A stretch of 5,688 bases of DNA from Thermus phage OH3: sequence record LC035386.1, one strand, 5' to 3'. Made by a program: the position numbers and the translations under genes. Below are positions 1-4,276 of the stretch, one piece after another; position 1 is the first letter of the stretch; every line of letters begins with the position of its first letter. The notes beneath the pieces were generated by a model. It was not told the DNA's origin. It ran no database searches and worked only from the letters and a program-made list of their open reading frames with translations.

Positions 1-277
1 TCGTACAAGGTGGGCAGGTGCTAATCTGGTTTGGGGATAGTGTAGGCCGTCCAGTATACTGGCCTTCGTGGTCGTGGGAAAGACTGGCCTGGGCTCCGAT
101 TCTGGCTTGCTTCTCTCCATGCCGTCAAGGTTGAGCCGTACGCGTCCCTTTACGCTCGCCTACTGCAGGCGGGCAAGCCTCCCCAAGTGGCTCGTGTGGC
201 CGTGGCCCATAGGCTGGCTAGGGCGGCTTGGGCTGTTGTTGTCCGTAGCGTCTAGGTCGGCATTCTCCTCTTGACTC
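1..277 (+). promoter_or_regulatory. Non-coding region upstream of rep; candidate main intergenic region (possibly the plus-strand origin and regulatory sites)
   Basis: No convincing ORF; the 68-274 ORF has no SD and an Arg/Leu/Ser-rich low-quality translation. It contains a stem AGGCC(44-48)/GGCCT(61-65), a 12-bp palindrome CCAGTATACTGG (51-62), the direct repeat ACTGGCCT (58-65, 83-90), tandem GTGGCC x2 (196-207) and four GGCT copies (212-234). The origin function is inferred only from position next to rep. Confidence 0.3.
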
Positions 278-307
278 TTGACAAGGGAGGTAGTGTAGTC
301 TTACAAT
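278..307 (+). promoter_or_regulatory. SigmaA-type promoter: -35 TTGACA (278-283), 18-nt spacer, -10 TACAAT (302-307)
   Basis: Perfect -35 hexamer and 5/6 -10 hexamer read directly from the sequence. It sits immediately upstream of the rep ATG at 319. A second TTGAC lies at 271-275. Confidence 0.5.
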
Positions 308-318
308 CCCCTGCCAAG

Positions 319-1659
319 ATGAAGCTGCTCGGGCATGGCTTGGATACTCTCGTGCTCAACTTCTACTGGGCTGACGGGGCCTATACCCTTCCCGAGGGCC
401 TTCCTGAGAAGCTTGACCTACTCAAGGACCAGTACCGCGTCAATCCCGAGGAGGCCATTTTTTGGGGGGTGGACGCTTACCTGCCCATTCCTAACCCTGC
501 TCTGGAGGATACCCTTTATGAAGCGGCTTTAGTGCGGCCTACCCGTCATTATCCTTGGCAGTTGAGCTTTGGGGCTGACGCTCTTCTCGTGAGCCTTTCG
601 GCTGTGAAGGATGCTACACGGCGGCGTACTTTCCCGGCGGTCCGCGTGGAGGTTACGGGCCGCTTCATGATGTACGCTCGCCGGGATGCTCAGGCTGTCG
701 TTTCCTGGCTCTTGGATGCCCTGCAGAATCTGACGGGTTCCCGTCCTGAGCGTGTTCAGGTTTCCCGTGCTGACCTCTTTGTTGATGTGGAGGTGGAGCC
801 GGGCACCTTGAAGGTCCAGGATGTGGACCGCTTCACGTCCCGGAGCCGTATCCGTGGGCTCTACTTCGTGGGGGAGGCGGAGGGCCGCCAGGCCCCCGCC
901 CCCCACGGCGAAGGGGGGCCCATGAGTAACACGCCCCCCGCTACCAGACTTCAGGTCCCCCCCTCCTGGGAGGAGGGTCCTGAGCACGTTGCTGCTTACA
1001 TGCGTGGTCGGGAGTGGTCCGGCTTCACCTTTGGCCGGGGCCCCCTCATGGCTCGGGTCTACTCCAAGAGTGTTGAAGCCAAGTCTAAGCCTCTGACGCG
1101 TGTCCTCCTCAAGGCGTATGAGGAGGCTCACGGGCCCATTTCTGGGGAAGTGATTCGCGTGGAGTATCAGCTTCGCACGGAAGCTCTCTCTGAGATGGTT
1201 GTGCCTGGGGATGGCTCTGATGTTCGCGATTGGGATACGTTCTTGTGGGCCGTCCCGCATATCTGGGAGTATCTGACGGGTTCTTGGTTGTTGCTTCGGG
1301 ATAGGGGCAATTACAAGTATGCCTGGGATGCTCCCGTGGATTCGCTTTGGCTTTTGGTTCAAGGGGCTTTCAAAAAAGGGGGTGAGAGTGAGGGTTTTGG
1401 TCCGGTGGTGAGGGATAAGCGTCTGGGAGTTGTGGACCCCTGGGCCTTGGTGAAGCAGTCTTTTGGCGCATTCATGACGGCGGTCGTTTCTGCTGGTATC
1501 TCTGCCGACTTCTCCGCCTTCTGGTACGCCGTTGCCCGGCGTTTTTCTAAGGTCCTCGGGGTTGAGCGTCTTTCTCTGGACTACGAAGGCGTGCGTGCCC
1601 GCAAGCTGGCGCGGTTTGGTCTTATGCCTGAGGCATACAGGTTTGGAGGTGTGGGATGA
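319..1659 (+). CDS. Rolling-circle replication initiator, Rep_trans family (pT181 RepC / CTXphi RstA-like), 446 aa from ATG 319
   Basis: Longest + ORF and first in the module. By eye it carries three ordered motifs I associate with Rep_trans: VSRADLFVDVE (R-x-D-L-x-V-D, nt 766-786), FTFGRGPLMARVYSK (R-V-Y-x-K, nt 1054-1068) and VIRVEYQLR (nt 1156-1176). The start is set at ATG 319 rather than the track's TTG 271 because the promoter 278-307 lies inside that extension. The start remains uncertain. No HMM was run. Confidence 0.75.
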   Translation: MKLLGHGLDTLVLNFYWADGAYTLPEGLPEKLDLLKDQYRVNPEEAIFWGVDAYLPIPNPALEDTLYEAALVRPTRHYPWQLSFGADALLVSLSAVKDATRRRTFPAVRVEVTGRFMMYARRDAQAVVSWLLDALQNLTGSRPERVQVSRADLFVDVEVEPGTLKVQDVDRFTSRSRIRGLYFVGEAEGRQAPAPHGEGGPMSNTPPATRLQVPPSWEEGPEHVAAYMRGREWSGFTFGRGPLMARVYSKSVEAKSKPLTRVLLKAYEEAHGPISGEVIRVEYQLRTEALSEMVVPGDGSDVRDWDTFLWAVPHIWEYLTGSWLLLRDRGNYKYAWDAPVDSLWLLVQGAFKKGGESEGFGPVVRDKRLGVVDPWALVKQSFGAFMTAVVSAGISADFSAFWYAVARRFSKVLGVERLSLDYEGVRARKLARFGLMPEAYRFGGVG

Positions 1660-1949
1660 AGGTTTTGGTTCTAGGAGTTACTGAGTACGCGCGGAAGGAT
1701 GGCACTAAGGCGGCTAGGGTAATCGTGGCCTCTACTCCTCGTAACCCCAACACTAGGGGGCTTGCTACTGCTGAGCTTGAGGCCGTTCCCGAGGTTGTGG
1801 ACCAGTTCAAGGTCCTGCCTGGCCTCTATGACCTTGCCGTGGAGGTCTCCGTGTCTAGCTACGCTGGCAAGGCCGAGGCTCGCCCCGTAATCGTTTCTGC
1901 TCGCTTTGAGGCCGCCGTGGTTCCTGAGCGTAAGGAGGTCAAGGCGTGA
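1656..1949 (+). CDS. Putative ssDNA-binding protein (Ff pV analogue), 97 aa
   Basis: GGAGG at 1645-1649 lies 6 nt before ATG 1656, and an ATGA overlap joins it to the rep stop. The size (97 aa) and the position directly after rep match inovirus gene V. The translation looks rich in beta-strand-favouring residues (VLVLGV, RVIVAS, YDLAVEVSVS, PVIVSARF), which fits a small OB-like fold. The function is positional inference, with no motif recognised. Confidence 0.5.
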   Translation: MKVLVLGVTEYARKDGTKAARVIVASTPRNPNTRGLATAELEAVPEVVDQFKVLPGLYDLAVEVSVSSYAGKAEARPVIVSARFEAAVVPERKEVKA

Positions 1950-2038
1950 TTGACCCTGCCTATCTCCATGAGGCTCTAAAGGTTTTCGCCTTTGGCCTCG
2001 GGCTGATAGGCGGGCTCCTTATTGGGGGGGATTGGTAG
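1946..2038 (+). CDS. Small hydrophobic protein, 30 aa (MIDPAYLHEALKVFAFGLGLIGGLLIGGDW); candidate pVII/pIX-type minor coat protein
   Basis: Not in the ORF track because it is too short. AAGGAGG (1932-1938) lies 7 nt upstream of GTG 1946, and a GTGA overlap joins it to the preceding stop. It has a single hydrophobic helix. Size and position (between the SSB and coat genes) match Ff gVII/gIX. Confidence 0.5.
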   Translation: MIDPAYLHEALKVFAFGLGLIGGLLIGGDW

Positions 2039-2143
2039 ATGAATCCGGCCACCTGGTTCCTCTGGGTCCTTGGCATGACGGCCTTGCCCTACACCCTGCT
2101 GGCGGCGTATCGGTATGCGGGCCGTCTCTATGGGGGGTTGTGA
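2039..2143 (+). CDS. Small hydrophobic protein, 34 aa (MNPATWFLWVLGMTALPYTLLAAYRYAGRLYGGL); candidate pVII/pIX-type minor coat protein
   Basis: Not in the ORF track as such. ATG 2039 directly abuts the TAG of the previous ORF (TAGATG), and the G7 run at 2024-2030 acts as an SD-like element 8 nt upstream. It has a single TM-like helix followed by a basic/aromatic tail. Confidence 0.5.
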   Translation: MNPATWFLWVLGMTALPYTLLAAYRYAGRLYGGL

Positions 2144-2373
2144 TGTTGCAGTGCGTCAGGTGCGGCCTGCTTTATACCTTTGCTCCCCCGGGTTCTTGTG
2201 TTCTCTGTGGGGGTGAAGTGTGGATTACGGTGAGGTTTTCGCCGCCTTCTGGTGGGGCCTCGGTGCTGGCCTTGTGGCCTCGTTCCTCCGCAATCTCCTT
2301 CGCCGGCTCTAGGAGCAATCGGGAGGTTACTCCCGTGAAGGCTCAGAAAGGAGGTGAGTGCCGTGGAGTTTGA
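2143..2373 (+). CDS. Hypothetical zinc-ribbon protein, 76 aa (CVRC-x11-CVLC at the N-terminus)
   Basis: ATG 2143 overlaps the preceding stop (TGATG), with a G6 run at 2132-2137 five nt upstream. It is the distal part of track ORF 2032-2373, whose TTG start would overlap two better-supported mini-ORFs. The four-Cys knuckle pair is typical of zinc ribbons. The C-terminal 50 aa are Ser/Pro/Gly-rich and look unstructured. An alternative-frame ORF (2220-2312) competes for the same DNA. Confidence 0.4.
   Translation: MLQCVRCGLLYTFAPPGSCVLCGGEVWITVRFSPPSGGASVLALWPRSSAISFAGSRSNREVTPVKAQKGGECRGV
2220..2312 (+). CDS. Alternative-frame mini-ORF, 30 aa (MDYGEVFAAFWWGLGAGLVASFLRNLLRRL); coat-protein-like acidic head, TM helix and basic tail
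   Basis: GTG 2220 is the first possible start after the in-frame TGA (2214-2216). GGGGGTGA at 2209-2216 resembles the SD GGAGGTGA at suitable spacing. Third codon positions are mostly C/T, as in the confident genes. It is embedded entirely in the zinc-ribbon ORF, so at most weakly supported. Confidence 0.3.
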   Translation: MDYGEVFAAFWWGLGAGLVASFLRNLLRRL

Positions 2374-2503
2374 TGCTGGGGCCATCGTTAGCACCGTTCA
2401 AAACTACATCCTGGCTATCGCGGGCGCTGGTGTCGCGCTCTTGGGCCTGACCATCGGCCTTAGCGCGGCGTGGCGCTACGCCAAGAAGTTCCTGAAGGGC
2501 TAG
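2363..2503 (+). CDS. Major coat protein (pVIII analogue), 46 aa, no signal peptide: MEFDAGAIVSTVQNYILAIAGAGVALLGLTIGLSAAWRYAKKFLKG
   Basis: Not in the ORF track. The strongest SD in the window, AAAGGAGGTGA (2347-2357), lies 8 nt (GGAGG end at 2354) before GTG 2363. The protein has classic inovirus coat architecture: acidic N-terminus (E2, D4), a ~25-residue hydrophobic helix and a basic C-terminus (R38, K41, K42, K45). From memory it closely parallels the Thermus phage PH75 coat protein (..NYI.AIA.AGV...L.IGLSAAW.YAK.FLKG). Confidence 0.9.
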   Translation: MEFDAGAIVSTVQNYILAIAGAGVALLGLTIGLSAAWRYAKKFLKG

Positions 2504-2506
2504 GCC

Positions 2507-4027
2507 ATGTCCCGATTGGCCCTCCCCATCCTTCTGGTGCTCCTCTCCCTAGGGTGGGGAGGGCCTGCCCTTGCTCAACCTCAGTTGTATAGGGATGCCA
2601 TTCGCTCCGCTGTTCAGGATATGGTCGTGGCTGAAGTAATCCGGTGGCCCGATTCTGCTGTTCGTAAGTCGGCTACTGTAGGCCGCTATGTCCGTTGGGG
2701 CGGTGCTATCGTTCTTGGGTCTGCTCTTGTCTATACTGCCCTGGACTACTTCTATAACGTTCTCAAGGCTCAAACGGGTACTTCTCTGGACCGCTGGTAT
2801 TTCTGGAGTAATCCTTATGTTGAAGTTGGCCGCTGTATTGATAGGGGCTCCTATCGGGATTTTATTGCCGTGGCGTATGTGAATGGTCGGCAAGTCAACT
2901 TCTATTCTACTTCCAGCTATGGCAAGTGCGACGTGCCTTCCTTGCAGTCGTTTACCGAACACTGGTATAACTGGCACTTGGTTCGCAACTATTCTGAGCT
3001 TCAGGGCGTTCCTACTCAGTATGTTTCTCCTCCCCCGGGTACTTGCCCTTCGGGGTGGACGTGTATAGCTGTGGCCCCTCAGCTTGACCGTCCTCCTCTC
3101 CCTGATTGGTTGCAGTCGCATCCTGACGCTGCTGATGGCGTGAAGCAGGCGGTTACTACTTACCTGGACAGGAACCCTATTGGTTCCCCTTATGCTCCCT
3201 ACCCGGGAGTTCAGCTTGAACCCATTCCTAACCCTAATCAGTGGACCGATAACCCCTTTACCCGCCCTGACATAGATACTGACGGGGATGGATGGCCTGA
3301 CCCGGTGGAGTGGAGGGAGGCCAATAGGCGGGGAGTTCCCTGGCCTGACCTGATAAATAACCCTCAGGCTTACCCTGACCCTAATGGGGACCCGGATGGG
3401 GATGGCTACACTAACCTGGAGGAGGTCCAGCAGGGTACTGACCCCTATGACCCCGCTTCTTATCCTGTCCGCCGTTCCCCTACTAGTCCTTGGGTAGATA
3501 CTGATGGGGATGGCTATTCTGACGAGGAGGAAATACGCAAGGGGACTAACCCTAACGACCCCGCTTCTTATCCTGATACTCCTCCTGAACAGCAGCCTGA
3601 AGAGAACCCTGATGAACCTCAGTGGCCCGGTGGGCCTCCTTCTGGCCGTATTGACCCCGTGCAGTTGCCCGAGGTTGAGCAAGTTGAGCGTGAAAAGCTT
3701 CCCGAGTGGGATAAGTTGAACCCCCTGGCTGAGGCATGGAGGCAGCAGGTAGTTGACCGGGTTTCTCAGAAGTTTGCTGAGGTACAGAACATTTTGAAGG
3801 ACCGCTTTCCCTTTGGCATAATTGCGGCTATTCGCCAGCGGGTGTCTTTTGCGGATGCTCAATGCGCTATTCAGCTTTCCCTGCCCCCTTTGGGTACCCT
3901 GGCCGTGGATATTTGCAGTACCCCCGTGTGGCAGCTTGCTACGTCTTTCCGCCCCGTTCTCGCGGGGCTGGTCTGGGTTGCTTTCGGCTTCGCCGTAATC
4001 CGGAGGGCCCTGGATGTCCAAAAGTGA
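2507..4027 (+). CDS. pIII-like minor coat / host-adsorption protein, 506 aa, with signal peptide, TSP3-like acidic repeats, Pro-rich linkers and C-terminal membrane anchor
   Basis: It lies directly after the coat gene, as gIII does in Ff. The N-terminal signal peptide is MSRLALPILLVLLSLGWGGPALA|QPQ (nt 2507-2575). There are six Cys (C110, C141, C180, C186, C453, C470). The DxDGDG repeats span aa 255-356. The Pro/Glu-rich linker spans aa 357-400. The C-terminal hydrophobic helix PVLAGLVWVAFGFAVI (aa 483-498) is followed by RRALDVQK, mirroring the pIII anchor. Confidence 0.75.
   Translation: MSRLALPILLVLLSLGWGGPALAQPQLYRDAIRSAVQDMVVAEVIRWPDSAVRKSATVGRYVRWGGAIVLGSALVYTALDYFYNVLKAQTGTSLDRWYFWSNPYVEVGRCIDRGSYRDFIAVAYVNGRQVNFYSTSSYGKCDVPSLQSFTEHWYNWHLVRNYSELQGVPTQYVSPPPGTCPSGWTCIAVAPQLDRPPLPDWLQSHPDAADGVKQAVTTYLDRNPIGSPYAPYPGVQLEPIPNPNQWTDNPFTRPDIDTDGDGWPDPVEWREANRRGVPWPDLINNPQAYPDPNGDPDGDGYTNLEEVQQGTDPYDPASYPVRRSPTSPWVDTDGDGYSDEEEIRKGTNPNDPASYPDTPPEQQPEENPDEPQWPGGPPSGRIDPVQLPEVEQVEREKLPEWDKLNPLAEAWRQQVVDRVSQKFAEVQNILKDRFPFGIIAAIRQRVSFADAQCAIQLSLPPLGTLAVDICSTPVWQLATSFRPVLAGLVWVAFGFAVIRRALDVQK
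3269..3574 (+). repeat. Three thrombospondin-type-3-like calcium-binding repeats inside the pIII-like gene (DIDTDGDGWPD; DPNGDPDGDGYTNLEEVQQGTDPYDPASYP; DTDGDGYSDEEEIRKGTNPNDPASYP)
   Basis: Repeated DxDxDGDG(W/Y)xDxxE cores are read from the translation. The last two units end in an identical DPASYP, encoded by an exact 19-nt DNA repeat GACCCCGCTTCTTATCCTG at 3449-3467 and 3557-3575 (108 nt = 36 codons apart). Confidence 0.65.
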
Positions 4028-4092
4028 ACCCCTTCACAAGCACATTTTTCCCGCGCCCATCCCCACCATGCCTCTTTCCTGGGGGGGCGGGG

Positions 4093-4221
4093 CCCCGTCA
4101 AGGCCGTTAGCCCCGGAGGGCCGGGCCGTGCAAGCCTCTACGATGTCCGGAGCTTCGCGAGGACCGGGTGGAGACCTGCCGGAGGCCCGGCCCGGAGGGG
4201 GCCGAAGGCGCCTTGACGGGG
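4093..4221 (+). other. Long nested GC-rich inverted repeat (imperfect ~130-nt hairpin in the ssDNA) in the pIII-pVI intergenic island; candidate packaging signal, minus-strand origin or terminator
   Basis: Verified base by base. The outer stem is 12/12 bp: CCCCGTCAAGGC (4093-4104) with GCCTTGACGGGG (4210-4221). The middle stem is 5 bp: GCCCC (4110-4114) with GGGGC (4198-4202). The inner stem is 10/10 bp: GGGCCGGGCC (4118-4127) with GGCCCGGCCC (4184-4193). Nt 4081-4240 are about 77% GC by hand count, against a visibly lower GC in the coding regions. The structure is seen directly; the function is inferred. Confidence 0.6.
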
Positions 4222-4247
4222 TGCCCCCCCGGGGCAAACTCTTTGGT

Positions 4248-4268
4248 GGGATGGGTGCGGGTGAAGGG
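4248..4268 (+). other. Canonical G-quadruplex motif GGGATGGGTGCGGGTGAAGGG (G3N2G3N3G3N4G3) overlapping the SD of the pVI-like gene
   Basis: Four GGG tracts at 4248-4250, 4253-4255, 4259-4261 and 4266-4268 on the + strand (virion/mRNA sense). The last tract is part of GGGAGGTG (4266-4273), the SD for ATG 4277. The motif is certain; folding and function are unknown. Confidence 0.35.
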
Positions 4269-4276
4269 AGGTGCGT

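Noticed and set aside
68-274. 68-aa + ORF (GTG start) upstream of rep
   Set aside because: No SD precedes GTG 68. The translation is Leu/Arg/Ser/Trp-rich without recognisable structure or motif. It runs into the promoter -35 region, and the region is better interpreted as non-coding intergenic DNA. Confidence in this rejection is low.
271-318. Track-proposed upstream alternative starts: TTG 271 for rep, TTG 2032 for the 113-aa ORF, GTG 4271 for the pVI-like gene, TTG 4669 for the Zot-like gene
   Set aside because: Each extension lacks an SD and conflicts with better-supported elements. These are the promoter 278-307, the two mini-ORFs 1946-2143, the SD GGGAGGTG that contains GTG 4271, and the Walker A expected at the extreme N-terminus with TGATG coupling at 4705. 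The ORF finder simply takes the longest frame with any NTG.
922-1659. Internal in-frame ATG 922 in rep, preceded by GAAGGGGGG, as a possible Ff pX-like restart product; it lies in a Pro/Gly-rich segment (aa GEAEGRQAPAPHGEGGPMSNTPPATRLQVPPSWEEGPEH)
   Set aside because: The SD-like run is only 3 nt from the ATG, and nothing else in the sequence supports it. The Pro-rich segment lies between Rep_trans motifs, where variable linkers are normal. It is worth testing only if proteomics shows a ~27 kDa C-terminal Rep fragment.
2024-2030. Homopolymer runs (G7 at 2024-2030 and 4081-4087, C7 at 4224-4230) as phase-variation slippage tracts
   Set aside because: Seven-nucleotide runs are short for efficient slippage. 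The one at 2024 doubles as an SD-like element and Gly-Gly codons. No evidence of a frame switch producing a meaningful alternative product was seen.
2549-4021. 490-aa minus-strand ORF antisense to the pIII-like gene; likewise 529-1362 (-) antisense to rep and 4651-5514 (-) antisense to the Zot-like gene
   Set aside because: All three are in exact codon register with the + strand gene, since the low coordinate of each antisense codon equals a sense codon start. Antisense stops can then arise only from sense TTA, CTA or TCA codons, which these genes almost never use; the 2549 end is the single CTA Leu codon at 2549-2551. Their translations are Arg/Pro/Gly/Ser-rich with no motifs or SD. They are shadows created by codon bias.
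4024-4049. Small hairpin GTGAA-cccc-TTCAC (4024-4037) followed by TTTTT (4045-4049) right after the pIII stop, as an intrinsic terminator
   Set aside because: The stem is only 5 bp with 2 GC pairs, and the T-run is separated from it by 7 nt. It is unlikely to be stable at Thermus growth temperatures. The adjacent GC-rich hairpins (4093-4221 and GCCCC-ccc-GGGGC at 4223-4235) are stronger candidates but lack a U-tract.
4213-4240. Possible promoter for the pVI/pI genes: TTGACG (4213-4218), 16-nt spacer, CAAACT (4235-4240)
   Set aside because: The -10 matches only 3/6 and lacks the conserved first T. The -35 lies inside the hairpin stem. This is too weak to call.
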